Shown here piece by piece: positions 9,974 to 20,080 of a stretch of DNA of 64,000 nucleotides; the stretch's first letter is position 1, and the number at the start of each line of letters is the position of its first letter. The translations under genes were made by a program, and so were the position numbers. The notes beneath the pieces are model-generated. The model worked only from the letters and a program-made list of their open reading frames with translations. It searched no databases and was not told the origin of the DNA. The stretch lies in the NCBI GenBank assembly GCA_038244685.1, contig JBBRTD010000003.1, positions 3,944-67,943 on the forward strand, read 5' to 3'. This DNA comes from Minisyncoccia bacterium (GTDB lineage Bacteria; Patescibacteriota; Minisyncoccia; Phycocordibacterales; UBA9973).

Positions 9974-10588
9974 TTATGATCTATTTCTTAATGCATTTTT
10001 AATCGTTTCTGAATCAGAGTATTCAAGTTCTGTGCCAGTCGAGAGCCCTCGTCCGAGGGATACAATATTAAAATTATAGCTACTTTTAAGTGGAGATAAA
10101 ATTTCTCTTAAATACATATCTGTATGTTCACCTTGAGGATTAAGAGATAAAGCAATTATGACTTCTTTGAGACCGCTTTGTTTTGATTGATTTTCTATAT
10201 TACGGGTCAATTCTTTAATTCTTACATAGTTTGGAGTATCTTTGTTTACAATAGGGACTAATCCACCTAATATAAAATACATACCGTTGTAGTTCTTACT
10301 TCTTTTTATATTTTCATAATCAGCATCTTTTTCAACAATAAGAAGGGAAGTTCTATCTGTTTTTTGATTACTGCAAACATCACAAAGTTGATCTTGTTTT
10401 GATTGAAAGAAAAGGAAACAAGAAGGGCATTGGTGAATTGTATTTTTTAAATCTAAAATTTTATTTCCAAGTTCTAAAACAAAACTTGGGTTTTTATGCA
10501 ACAGAAAATAGACAAATCGCTTGGCTTGTCTTTCTCCTATTCCAGGGAATTCTTTAAAATGTTCTGTTAATTTATCTATGGGGTTCAT
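9974..10588 (-). CDS. recR: Recombination mediator RecR
   Basis: FPGIGERQAKR HhH, C4 zinc finger CPSC...CDVC, TOPRIM domain, GTELEYSD. Confidence 0.95.
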   Translation of the reverse strand: MNPIDKLTEHFKEFPGIGERQAKRFVYFLLHKNPSFVLELGNKILDLKNTIHQCPSCFLFFQSKQDQLCDVCSNQKTDRTSLLIVEKDADYENIKRSKNYNGMYFILGGLVPIVNKDTPNYVRIKELTRNIENQSKQSGLKEVIIALSLNPQGEHTDMYLREILSPLKSSYNFNIVSLGRGLSTGTELEYSDSETIKNALRNRS

Positions 10589-10606
10589 ATTTGTAATATT
10601 TCAGAT

Positions 10607-11998
10607 TTAAAATTGATCCATTGCGCTATTACTTCCGCTCGATGGAGAGAACTGACTACTTCCTGATTTATCTATAGACATAAAGGTTGTTGTTTTCTCG
10701 TCAAAGTATAAGTCAACTTTTCCGACAGGACCATTACGGTGTTTTTCTATTAAAATTTCAGCAATGTTTGTTTTTTCAGACTCGTCCTTACCTTTATCTT
10801 CTCGGTGAATAAACATAACGATGTCGGCATCCTGCTCAATAGAACCAGAGTCACGCAGGTCAGAGAGTCTTGGTCTACCACCGCGTGATTCAACAGCACG
10901 AGAGAGCTGTGAGAGGGCAATAACGGGTACATCAAACTCTTTGGCCAATGCCTTTAAAGATCTTGATATTTCAGTTACCTGGTTGACCATGTTGTCATAA
11001 TTTTTTGAAGTAGACATTAACTGCAAGTAGTCGACAATAATAAGTCCGATTCCGTGTTCGGCTCTGATTCGACGACAAACAGAACGCATTCGAACTATTG
11101 AGTTACCAGCTAAGTCATCAACAAAGATTGGAGCTTTAGATAAGCTATCAAGGGAATCACGAATCTTAGCAAAGTCACCTTCGGTTGATAAATTACCAGT
11201 ACGAAGATTCCAAGCATTAACTCGAGATTGTGCAGCAAGCATTCTGTCTACTAACTGCTGGGTACTCATTTCAAGTGAAAAGATAACTACAGGTGTGCCG
11301 TGATTTAATGCTGCTTGACGAGCGATATCGAGTGCTAGAGTTGTCTTACCCATAGAAGGACGAGCAGCAAGAATAATCAAATCAGACTTTTGAAGTCCAG
11401 ATAGGTATTGATCAAGGTCATGGAAGCCAGTTGGAACCCCACGAAGCTCACCTTTACTTTCATGAAGTCTTTCTAATCTTTCCCATGCTTCAGGTAAACT
11501 ATCTTTTAAAGAAGTAAAAGCATGTGCTCCACCATTATTATTTATTCCCATCATTCTTTTTTCAGCTTGATCAAGAATTTCAAAGACATCTTCAACTTCT
11601 TCCTTAAATCCAAGTTCTGAAATATCAGCCCCAGCTTCTATAATTTTTCTTAAGAGATGTTTTTTATTAACTATATCTGCATAATATTTAATATTTGTTG
11701 AAGCTGGAACTGAATTACTTAATTCTGTTAAATAGCTATTACCACCAACAGAATCAATCATTCCTTTTTCTGTTAATTTATGAGAAACAGAAAGAAGGTC
11801 AATAGGATCTCCTTTGCTTGAGAGTTCTAGCATTATTTTGTATATATTTGCATGTTTTGCTACATAGAATGAGTCAACGTTTACAATATCATTAATTTCA
11901 TGGATTGCAGATGGCCTAAGCATTATTGAACCTAAGACTGCTTTTTCAGAATCTATATTCTGAGGTGGGATACGAAAGTTTGTTTTTTTGTCGGTCAT
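10607..11998 (-). CDS. dnaB: Replicative DNA helicase
   Basis: IPPQNIDSE, AARPSMGKT Walker A, VDYLQL, LSDLRDSGSIEQDAD. Start set at the ATG 7 nt after TGATACAAT. Confidence 0.97.
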   Translation of the reverse strand: MTDKKTNFRIPPQNIDSEKAVLGSIMLRPSAIHEINDIVNVDSFYVAKHANIYKIMLELSSKGDPIDLLSVSHKLTEKGMIDSVGGNSYLTELSNSVPASTNIKYYADIVNKKHLLRKIIEAGADISELGFKEEVEDVFEILDQAEKRMMGINNNGGAHAFTSLKDSLPEAWERLERLHESKGELRGVPTGFHDLDQYLSGLQKSDLIILAARPSMGKTTLALDIARQAALNHGTPVVIFSLEMSTQQLVDRMLAAQSRVNAWNLRTGNLSTEGDFAKIRDSLDSLSKAPIFVDDLAGNSIVRMRSVCRRIRAEHGIGLIIVDYLQLMSTSKNYDNMVNQVTEISRSLKALAKEFDVPVIALSQLSRAVESRGGRPRLSDLRDSGSIEQDADIVMFIHREDKGKDESEKTNIAEILIEKHRNGPVGKVDLYFDEKTTTFMSIDKSGSSQFSPSSGSNSAMDQF

Positions 11999-12104
11999 AG
12001 GAGTCATTGTATCAAGTTGTTGCCTTTGAAACAAATAAATATATCTGATAAACCGGGGGATAAAATGTGCAAAACTTTCATTATTTTGATATTATATAAA
12101 GTAT

Positions 12105-13076
12105 ATGAAAAAAAGATTATTATCAGGAATTCAACCTTCGGGAATCATACATATAGGTAACTATTTTGGAGCTATAAAACAGTTTGTTGACCTTCAGAAT
12201 GAATACGACTCTTTTGTCTTTATAGCTGACCTTCACGCTATTACAACCATCCAAAATAAGGATATATTATCTTTAAATACATTAAACGTCGCTATGGATT
12301 ATTTAGCTTGCGGCTTAGACCCTGAGAAAATATGCTTATTTAAGCAGTCCGATATTCCAGAAGTTGCTGAACTTGCTTGGTATTTTAATTGTATTACAAC
12401 AATGCCATATTTAGAGAGAGCAACAGCCTATAAAGATGCAAATATGAAAGCCAAAGAAGTAAATGTAGGACTTTTTGATTACCCAATTCTAATGGCCGCA
12501 GATATTTTGATACAAGATGCTGATGTTGTTCCAGTTGGCGCAGACCAAAAGCAACACGTAGAATACGCCAGAGATATAGCTCAAAAATTTAATAATACAT
12601 TTGGAGAGACATTTAAATTACCAGAACCAATTATTCTAAAAGAAGTTTCGATTGTGCCTGGTATTGACGGAAGAAAAATGAGCAAGAGTTATGGTAATAC
12701 CATTCCATTGTTTGGATCAGATGAACAAATTAAAAAAGCAGTCATGGGTATAGTCACTGATTCAAAAAGCCCAGAAGAATCTAAAGACCCTGAAAAATGT
12801 AATATTTTTGCCATACATAAATTATTCTTAAAAGGAGAAGACCTAGAAAATCTTAAAAATAGATATACGAAAGGAGGTTTAGGATATAAAGAATCAAAAG
12901 ATATGCTTTTGAGTGAAATTATATCTTTTATTAAACCAATGAGAGAAAAGAGGGATTTTTATGAAAAAAATATAGATATTGTTAAGGGGATTCTTAGGGA
13001 AGGATCTCTTAAGGCAAAAAATAACATACAAGAAAAAATGAAAATTATTAGAATTAATGTTGGCGTAAATTTATGA
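12105..13076 (+). CDS. trpS: Tryptophan--tRNA ligase
   Basis: SGIQPSG, HIGNYFGA, YPILMAADIL, KMSKS. Confidence 0.97.
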   Translation: MKKRLLSGIQPSGIIHIGNYFGAIKQFVDLQNEYDSFVFIADLHAITTIQNKDILSLNTLNVAMDYLACGLDPEKICLFKQSDIPEVAELAWYFNCITTMPYLERATAYKDANMKAKEVNVGLFDYPILMAADILIQDADVVPVGADQKQHVEYARDIAQKFNNTFGETFKLPEPIILKEVSIVPGIDGRKMSKSYGNTIPLFGSDEQIKKAVMGIVTDSKSPEESKDPEKCNIFAIHKLFLKGEDLENLKNRYTKGGLGYKESKDMLLSEIISFIKPMREKRDFYEKNIDIVKGILREGSLKAKNNIQEKMKIIRINVGVNL

Positions 13077-13294
13077 AATACATACATATATTATTTACAG
13101 TAGTTTTTGGAATTATTTATTGGCCTATTAATGTAATTCATACAAAAGTACAGGCTTGGTATTTTAAGTTAAAGAAAAAGGATGAAGTTATGTATTACTT
13201 ATTCACCCCTTTCTATTGGATATTAGTCGCTATTACTTTCGCCATCTCTGTTCCTTATGAATTTATAATTGCTCAAACGAGTAAACTGCATTAA
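13073..13294 (+). CDS. Small two-TM hypothetical membrane protein
   Basis: 73-aa ORF with an ATGA overlap on trpS and two hydrophobic segments; fills the gap to aspS. Confidence 0.65.
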   Translation: MKYIHILFTVVFGIIYWPINVIHTKVQAWYFKLKKKDEVMYYLFTPFYWILVAITFAISVPYEFIIAQTSKLH

Positions 13295-13322
13295 AAATTA
13301 TTAGTTATATTTATTAAATATT

Positions 13323-14669
13323 ATGCAACGTACATACATTAAAGATTTAAAAGATTTTATTGGTTCTACAGTTAGTATTTCTGGATGGGTAGACGTCCGT
13401 CGTGATCAAGGTAAAATGATCTTTTTGGATTTTCGTGATATGACAGGCAAGGTACAAGGGGTTATTCTACCTAATTACATAGATGCCTTGGAAATTGGTA
13501 AAACATTACGCAATGAATTTGTCGTTAAGGTGATTGGCCAAGTAAATAAAAGACCAGAAAGAAATATAAAAGAGGGAATTTTAAACGGAGGGCTTGAACT
13601 AGAAATAAAAGAAATTGAAATTTTAGCCGAAGCAGCTCCATTGCCTTTTGATATATCTCTTACTGGTTATAATTTAGAATTAACTACAGAGCTAGATAAT
13701 AGAGCTTTAGTGTTAAGACAACCTAAAATTCAATCTATTTTTAAAATTGAAGAGACTGTTATAGATTCTTTCAGAGAGTTTATGAAGCAAAATATGTTTT
13801 TTGAATTTCAGGCTCCATCTATGGTGCCAGCAACTGCAGAAGGTGGTGCTGAGGTTTTCCAAATTGATTACTTTGGAAAGAAAGCCTATTTATCTCAATC
13901 ACCACAGCTATACAAACAAATTGTGATGTCAGCTTTTGAGAGATGCTTCTCTGTAAATAAAGTTTTCCGTGCTGAGCCATCTTCAACAACAAGGCATCTA
14001 ACAGAAATAGTTTCACTTGATGCGGAAATGGCCTTTATTGATTCATGGACAGATGTTCGTGATATGGCAGAAAATACTGTTAAATATATTTTAAGGCAAG
14101 TTGAAATAAGAAATTCTGAACATATAAAGCTATTAAATGTAGAACTTCCAGTAATGATAGATAAAACGCCAACACTTTCACTAAGAGAGGTCCAGCAAAA
14201 AATTTTTGAGGCATACGGACGCGATGTTCGCGGAGAAAAAGATACAAATGCTCAAGACGAAAGAGAAATTTGCGAAATAATTAAAAAAGAAACTGGTTCT
14301 GATTTTGTATTTATTTACGGATATCCAACAAGAAAAAAGCCTTTCTATGTTTACCCCAACCCAGACGAGCCAGAATATAATGAAGGTATGGATCTTATTT
14401 GTCGTGGTGTAGAATGGCTTTCGGGTGGGCGCAGAGTAAATGATTATGCTCAATTAACAGAGCATGTAAAACTTTGGAATATGGATGAAACTAAAGTTAA
14501 AATGTTTTTAGAAGCATTTAAATATGGAGTACCACCAGAAGGAGGATTTGCTTTTGGAGCAGAGCGTATAACAATGCAATTGTTGGGATTAAAAAATGTA
14601 CGTGAAGCCTGCATGTTTCCAAGAGATATGAATAGAATAGACGAGAAACTTAGTGAAGATGGATATTAA
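13323..14669 (+). CDS. aspS: Aspartate--tRNA(Asn) ligase, short archaeal-type (likely non-discriminating)
   Basis: OB-fold anticodon domain, LSQSPQLYKQ, VFRAE...RHL, YGVPPEGGFAFGAER. At 448 aa it lacks the bacterial GAD insertion. Confidence 0.9.
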   Translation: MQRTYIKDLKDFIGSTVSISGWVDVRRDQGKMIFLDFRDMTGKVQGVILPNYIDALEIGKTLRNEFVVKVIGQVNKRPERNIKEGILNGGLELEIKEIEILAEAAPLPFDISLTGYNLELTTELDNRALVLRQPKIQSIFKIEETVIDSFREFMKQNMFFEFQAPSMVPATAEGGAEVFQIDYFGKKAYLSQSPQLYKQIVMSAFERCFSVNKVFRAEPSSTTRHLTEIVSLDAEMAFIDSWTDVRDMAENTVKYILRQVEIRNSEHIKLLNVELPVMIDKTPTLSLREVQQKIFEAYGRDVRGEKDTNAQDEREICEIIKKETGSDFVFIYGYPTRKKPFYVYPNPDEPEYNEGMDLICRGVEWLSGGRRVNDYAQLTEHVKLWNMDETKVKMFLEAFKYGVPPEGGFAFGAERITMQLLGLKNVREACMFPRDMNRIDEKLSEDGY

Positions 14670-14735
14670 TTAAAGTAATTTAATTAATGATTAGCTTTAA
14701 TAAGTATATTTATACTTATTCCTTTATAAAATCAT

Positions 14736-15521
14736 ATGTCAGATATTATTTCACAATACAAAGTAAAACAAGGGACTTTTGAAGGTCCACTAGATATACT
14801 TCTTTCTTTAATAGAATCAAGGAAGCTTTTTGTGAATGAAATATCACTCGCAGAAGTTACAAATGATTATATTAATTACATAAAGACATTATCTGAGACT
14901 GATAAGAACATTAATGATGTATCCTACTTTGTTTTGATTGCTGCTACTTTAATTTTAATTAAATCTAAATCACTATTACCGAATTTATCCTTAACTGAAG
15001 ACGAAACAGAAAAAATAGTCGACCTTGAAGCAAGGCTTAAGCTATATCAAATAATTAAAAATGCCAGTGTTGAAATAAAAAATAATTTTGGGGTAAATAT
15101 TATATTTTCACCGTGTGACCGTATTTGGAGTGAACCACTTTTTTCTCCAGATTCAATTATAACAATTCCAAATATTGCCAAATGTATTGAGTCAGTTATG
15201 GCACAAGTTCCTACTAAGGTAGCAAAATTACCAGAAATTGAAATAAAAAAAATAATAAACATAGATGAAATTATAAATAATTTAACTGCTAGAATTCAAA
15301 ATGCTGTAAACTTATCTTTTAGAGAATTTTCTAAAAGTCACGGAGCAGAAAATGGCGAAGAAGCCAAGGTTCATGTTATTGTTTCATTTTTAGCTATGTT
15401 AGAATTAGTTAGAGAGGGATTAATAGATGTGATGCAAAGCGCCTCATTTGGCGACATTGAGATTAATAAACAATTAACAGCAGAGCTACAACCATTAGAG
15501 ATTGAAGCTCCTCATAAATAA
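14736..15521 (+). CDS. scpA: Segregation and condensation protein A
   Basis: FEGPLDILLSLI, IAATLILIKSKSLLP, SFLAMLELVR. Confidence 0.93.
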   Translation: MSDIISQYKVKQGTFEGPLDILLSLIESRKLFVNEISLAEVTNDYINYIKTLSETDKNINDVSYFVLIAATLILIKSKSLLPNLSLTEDETEKIVDLEARLKLYQIIKNASVEIKNNFGVNIIFSPCDRIWSEPLFSPDSIITIPNIAKCIESVMAQVPTKVAKLPEIEIKKIINIDEIINNLTARIQNAVNLSFREFSKSHGAENGEEAKVHVIVSFLAMLELVREGLIDVMQSASFGDIEINKQLTAELQPLEIEAPHK

Positions 15522-15525
15522 AATT

Positions 15526-16071
15526 ATGGCAATAGAATTAGAATCAAAAATAGAAGGTTTACTTTTTTACAAAGGAGAAGATGTGTCAATTAGTAAACTA
15601 GTTGAAATTTTTCATGTGACAGAAGAAAGCATCAGAGATGCATTAAATAAGCTTGATCGCTCTCTTTTAGGGCGTGGTCTTGTTCTTGTCAGGAAAGACG
15701 ACCAAGTAGTTCTTGGAATAACTGGTGAATTATCGTCTCTTATTGAATCAATAAGGAAAGAAGAAATAGCCAAAGAGCTATCAAAAGCTGCGCTGGAGAC
15801 TCTTTCTATTGTTTTGTATAAAAATGGAATTTCAAGAAGTGAGATTGATTATATTCGTGGTGTTAACTCAAGTTTTATTTTAAGAAATTTATTAGTTAGA
15901 GGTCTTGTTGAAAAAACAATAGATAGTTCTGACAGTAGAAGAATTTTATATCGCCCTACTTTTGATACATTATCGTTTATGGGAATAACTTCTATCAATG
16001 AATTACCAAATTACGATCAAGTTGTCGCTTCTTTGTCTGGAACTCTTAATCAAAAAGAAAATAATGACTAA
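15526..16071 (+). CDS. scpB: SMC-Scp complex subunit ScpB
   Basis: IEGLLF, LSKAALETLSIV, IDYIRGVNS. Confidence 0.93.
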   Translation: MAIELESKIEGLLFYKGEDVSISKLVEIFHVTEESIRDALNKLDRSLLGRGLVLVRKDDQVVLGITGELSSLIESIRKEEIAKELSKAALETLSIVLYKNGISRSEIDYIRGVNSSFILRNLLVRGLVEKTIDSSDSRRILYRPTFDTLSFMGITSINELPNYDQVVASLSGTLNQKENND

Positions 16072-17122
16072 TGCAATAAAAATTTTTTTACCATCAGTCA
16101 TAAGTTTCATTGTGGGTATACTTATTACTCCAATAGCTACTCATTATTTTTATAAATATAAAATGTGGCGAAGAGTTTCTCGTAATGATAATCTTCCAGA
16201 AAAAGAAGTAACAGCTTTTTCGAAAATTCATGATTGTGACGCTGAGGTTTCGACACCTCGTACTGGAGGTATGATTATTTGGGTTTCAGTAATTTTAACC
16301 TTAGCAATCGTGGGTCTAATTGATTATCTTTTTGTTAATAATGTTTCAGATAAAATGTATTTTATTAGTCGCAGTCAAACACTCCTTCCTTTTTTTACTT
16401 TAATTATGGCTTCACTCATAGGGCTTGGAGACGATTTCTTGCAAATATTTGGTAAGGGGAAGTGGGCAACCGATCCTATAGTTTTAAGATATATTAAAGT
16501 TGGCATTATATTACTCTTAGGTCTTATTATTAGTTTGTGGTTTTATTACAAATTAGGAGTTTCAGAATTATATATACCATGGTATGGCTTTATAAATTTG
16601 GGCTACTTTTTTATACCATTTTTTATTTTTATAATGCTTTCCATGTGGTCAACTAGTGTTATTGATGGGGTAGATGGTTTGTCTGGTGGAGTGCTAGCCT
16701 CTATTTTCACTGCCTATACTCTTATTGCTTTCTTTAATTCTCAAATTGATATTGCGACTTTCTGTGCTGTTATTACCGGTGGTATTCTAGCCTTTCTGTG
16801 GTTTAATATTCCTCCTGCTCGATTTTATATGGGAGAGACGGGAATGATTGGGCTTACTGTAACTCTTTCTGTAATCGCATTTTTAACAGATACGGTTTTA
16901 CTTTTGCCTATTATTGCTTTTCCACTTTTCATAACATCTCTTTCTGATGTAATACAAATTGGTTCACGAAAATTTAGAAATGGCAAGAAGGTTTTTCTCT
17001 TTGCCCCACTTCATCATCATTTTGAAGCTCTTGGTTGGCCAAAATACAAAGTGACTATGCGTTATTGGATTGTCAGTATCATAACTGCAATTTTAGGTGT
17101 TATTGTTTCATTAATTAGTTAA
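16064..17122 (+). CDS. mraY: Phospho-N-acetylmuramoyl-pentapeptide transferase
   Basis: TPRTGG, GLGDD, DGVDGL, FNIPPARFYMGETG, APLHHHFE. Confidence 0.92.
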   Translation: MTNAIKIFLPSVISFIVGILITPIATHYFYKYKMWRRVSRNDNLPEKEVTAFSKIHDCDAEVSTPRTGGMIIWVSVILTLAIVGLIDYLFVNNVSDKMYFISRSQTLLPFFTLIMASLIGLGDDFLQIFGKGKWATDPIVLRYIKVGIILLLGLIISLWFYYKLGVSELYIPWYGFINLGYFFIPFFIFIMLSMWSTSVIDGVDGLSGGVLASIFTAYTLIAFFNSQIDIATFCAVITGGILAFLWFNIPPARFYMGETGMIGLTVTLSVIAFLTDTVLLLPIIAFPLFITSLSDVIQIGSRKFRNGKKVFLFAPLHHHFEALGWPKYKVTMRYWIVSIITAILGVIVSLIS

Positions 17123-17127
17123 TATAA

Positions 17128-18228
17128 ATGAATAATAAAATAGATAGAATATTTTTTGGAATAGTGCTTTCTCTTGTCATTATAGGAATAATAATGTTTA
17201 TTTCTGCCTCACTAGGAATTTTAAATAAAAATGAATCAAAATTCTATGCAGTAATTTTCAATCAATTGATTTATGGCTTGTTTGGAGGACTAATAGCTCT
17301 TTATTTTGGATTGCGTATACCTTACAAGTTTTGGAGACAATATTCTATACCTATATTTATCGCTTCAATTATTTTAACTATGCTTGTTTTTGTTCCTGGT
17401 TTAGGGTTTGCTCATGGTGGATCAAGCAGATGGGTTAACATTTTTGGTATATCTTTTCAACCTGTTGAATTTTTAAAAATTGGATTTATTATTTACTTTG
17501 CGACATGGCTGTCTTGGGTAAAAGGTAGAGTAAAGGATATTCGATTCAGTTTACTTCCTCTTATCATTTTACTGGGCATAATTACCTTAATACTAATTAA
17601 TCAACCTGATACAAAAAGTTTAATATTAATTACCGCCACAGGACTAGTAATGTTATTTGTTTCTGGTACCCCCTGGAAGTATATTTTAGGGATGCTTGCT
17701 GTTAGTCTTATCGCTTTCATCATATTAGCTTTTACTACTCCATATTTAAAAAGTAGAATAAATACATTTTTAAATCCAGACAAAAACGGAAGTACCTCAT
17801 CATATCAAATACAACAATCCTTAATAGCTGTTGGCTCGGGTGGTATCATTGGTAGAGGTTTAGGTCAAAGCATACAAAAGTTTAATTATTTACCAGAGCC
17901 ACAAGGGGATTCAATCTTTGCTGTCGTAGGTGAAGAAATGGGATTCGTTGGTTCTGTATTACTTATATGTCTTTATGTTGCTTTTGCAATGAGAGGTTAT
18001 CGAATAGCTCATCTAGCACCTGATTCTTTCAGTAAACTTTTTGTCATTGGAGTTATAACGATAATAACAGCACAATCATTTATGAATATAGCCTCTATTA
18101 TCGGTGTCTTTCCTCTGACGGGAGTACCTCTTGTTTTTATGTCACATGGAGGAACTGCACTCCTCTTGGATATTGGTCTTATGGGTATAGTTTTAAATAT
18201 CTCAAAATTTCAAAAGAAAACTGCTTAA
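17128..18228 (+). CDS. ftsW: SEDS peptidoglycan glycosyltransferase FtsW
   Basis: SRW, FQPVEFLK, YQIQQS, LPEPQGDSIF, PLTGVPLVFMSHGGT. Located between mraY and murG. Confidence 0.92.
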   Translation: MNNKIDRIFFGIVLSLVIIGIIMFISASLGILNKNESKFYAVIFNQLIYGLFGGLIALYFGLRIPYKFWRQYSIPIFIASIILTMLVFVPGLGFAHGGSSRWVNIFGISFQPVEFLKIGFIIYFATWLSWVKGRVKDIRFSLLPLIILLGIITLILINQPDTKSLILITATGLVMLFVSGTPWKYILGMLAVSLIAFIILAFTTPYLKSRINTFLNPDKNGSTSSYQIQQSLIAVGSGGIIGRGLGQSIQKFNYLPEPQGDSIFAVVGEEMGFVGSVLLICLYVAFAMRGYRIAHLAPDSFSKLFVIGVITIITAQSFMNIASIIGVFPLTGVPLVFMSHGGTALLLDIGLMGIVLNISKFQKKTA

Positions 18229-18382
18229 TCTAAATAAAATAAGCTTATATTTGTTATACTAATTAATATTAAATTAATATTTTTGTGATATAACACTTGT
18301 GAATATGTATACCTATTATTAACCTGCTTATCTTGTTTTTTTACAAAACAATACAAGATGCATAATATTGGAGGACCAAAAA

Positions 18383-18895
18383 ATGGAAGAAAAAGACATT
18401 TGTGTATGGAAGACTATCAAAATTGGAAATTATGATCATGTGAATCGTTTAATAGGTTCAATTTATGGAATTAAAAAAGTTAAGATTGAAAAGATTACAG
18501 AATTTGAAATTGAATCAGATCGTATACAAATCAATAAGACAGAAGAATATATTGATCTAGTATCGTTAAAAATTTCCGACTTAGGTTTTGATAATCTTAC
18601 GGATTACAAAAGTATTTGTAATAAAGCAAACGAATTGGGGTTAAACATCTGTCCTGCTGAGGTTGGATTTCAATTATTGTCTCAGTACAAAGACGATGAT
18701 TACTTTTTTTACAATAATCATCCATTAATTGCTATGGAGCCAAGAGGTAAATATGATTTAATTTTTCGTATAAAAACCGACGAAAAGAAGAAGGAGGTAC
18801 TTTTAACTACGAAATCGGCAAAACCATATTATTTATATCCCAATTGGTCCATGATATTTTGTCTTAGAAAAAATAATACAACAGCCTATACATAA
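18383..18895 (+). CDS. Hypothetical protein (WKTIKIG ... LGLNICPAEVG motif family)
   Basis: Clean ORF with a GGAGGA SD 7 nt upstream and its own hairpin terminator at about 18880-18905. Confidence 0.75.
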   Translation: MEEKDICVWKTIKIGNYDHVNRLIGSIYGIKKVKIEKITEFEIESDRIQINKTEEYIDLVSLKISDLGFDNLTDYKSICNKANELGLNICPAEVGFQLLSQYKDDDYFFYNNHPLIAMEPRGKYDLIFRIKTDEKKKEVLLTTKSAKPYYLYPNWSMIFCLRKNNTTAYT

Positions 18896-18951
18896 TTAGG
18901 CTGTTTATTATTACTAGAAAAATATAGTCAAATAATATATAATCTACATAT

Positions 18952-20079
18952 ATGAAAATATTACTTACAGGAGGAGGAACTGGTGGTCATTTTTATCCAT
19001 TGATAGCTATTGCTGAGAAGCTTGTTGAGATTTCAGATAAACAGAAAATCATAGATTTGAAATTATATTATATGTCTGATAGTCCATATGACAAGCGTAT
19101 GCTTTTTGAGAGTAGTATAACTTATGTTCAAATTCCTGCTGGTAAAATGCGTTTGTATTTCTCTTTCAGAAACTTTTTTGATTTATTTTCAACAGCGACT
19201 GGAATGTTTTTTGGTTTGATTAGTATGTTTTTTATATATCCAGATGTTATTATATCCAAAGGTGGCTATGCTGCTTTTCCTGCTGTATTTGCTGCTAGGA
19301 TATTACGCATACCTGTAATTGTACATGAATCAGATTCTTTTCCTGGCAAATTAAATGTTTGGACTGCAAAATTTGCAGAGAAGGTTGCCATTTCTTGGCC
19401 TGAAGCTATTGAACATTTACCCAAAGAAAAGACAGCACTTACAGGACAGCCAATAAGAAAAAATATACTACATGGAGATAGCATTGGGGCTCGTGAATAT
19501 TTTAAATTAAATTCAGATTTACCGGTTATTCTAGTTTTAGGTGGATCACAAGGAGCAGAAATAATTAATAATATTATCATTGATGTACTTCCAGATTTAT
19601 TATCAAAATATCAAATAGTACATCAAACAGGAGTAAACAATATCGATGATGTAGTAGGTAGGTCTAAGCTTGTCATGGAAAAAAATGATAATATCACAAG
19701 ATATGTTCCTCTTCCTTATTTAAATAATCTAACAACAAGAATGGCAGCGGGTGTTGCTACTATTGTAGTATCAAGAGCAGGTTCTGCTATTTTTGAAATC
19801 GCATCCTGGGGTATTCCATCGATTATAATACCTATAACAAATTCAAATGGTGATCACCAGAGAAAGAACGCTTACAACTATGCTCGTACAGGCGCTTGTG
19901 AGGTTATAGACGAAGCCAACCTAACTCCTCATCTTCTTATTTCAGAAATTGACAAATTAATGACGAATAAGGAAAAACTAGCAACAATGAAAGAAAGCGC
20001 TCTTGGGTTCGCAATGCCTCTCGCTGCAGAAAAAATAGCAGAAGAAGCAATTAAAATAGCCCTTTCTCATGAAAAATAA
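18952..20079 (+). CDS. murG: UDP-GlcNAc:lipid I GlcNAc transferase
   Basis: GGGTGGHFYP, KGGY, HESD, LGGSQGA, SRAGS, HQRKNA. Confidence 0.96.
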   Translation: MKILLTGGGTGGHFYPLIAIAEKLVEISDKQKIIDLKLYYMSDSPYDKRMLFESSITYVQIPAGKMRLYFSFRNFFDLFSTATGMFFGLISMFFIYPDVIISKGGYAAFPAVFAARILRIPVIVHESDSFPGKLNVWTAKFAEKVAISWPEAIEHLPKEKTALTGQPIRKNILHGDSIGAREYFKLNSDLPVILVLGGSQGAEIINNIIIDVLPDLLSKYQIVHQTGVNNIDDVVGRSKLVMEKNDNITRYVPLPYLNNLTTRMAAGVATIVVSRAGSAIFEIASWGIPSIIIPITNSNGDHQRKNAYNYARTGACEVIDEANLTPHLLISEIDKLMTNKEKLATMKESALGFAMPLAAEKIAEEAIKIALSHEK

Positions 20080-20080
20080 T

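Noticed and set aside
9524-12074. Replication origin, suggested by DnaA-box-like 9-mers (9524-9532, 12066-12074, 59629-59637)
   Set aside because: The boxes are isolated and not clustered, and there is no dnaA/dnaN or extended unwinding region. At most they are regulatory sites.
13323-14669. Archaeal-type AspRS as a novel horizontal transfer
   Set aside because: A short non-discriminating AspRS with GatCAB is an established route to Asn-tRNA in many bacteria.
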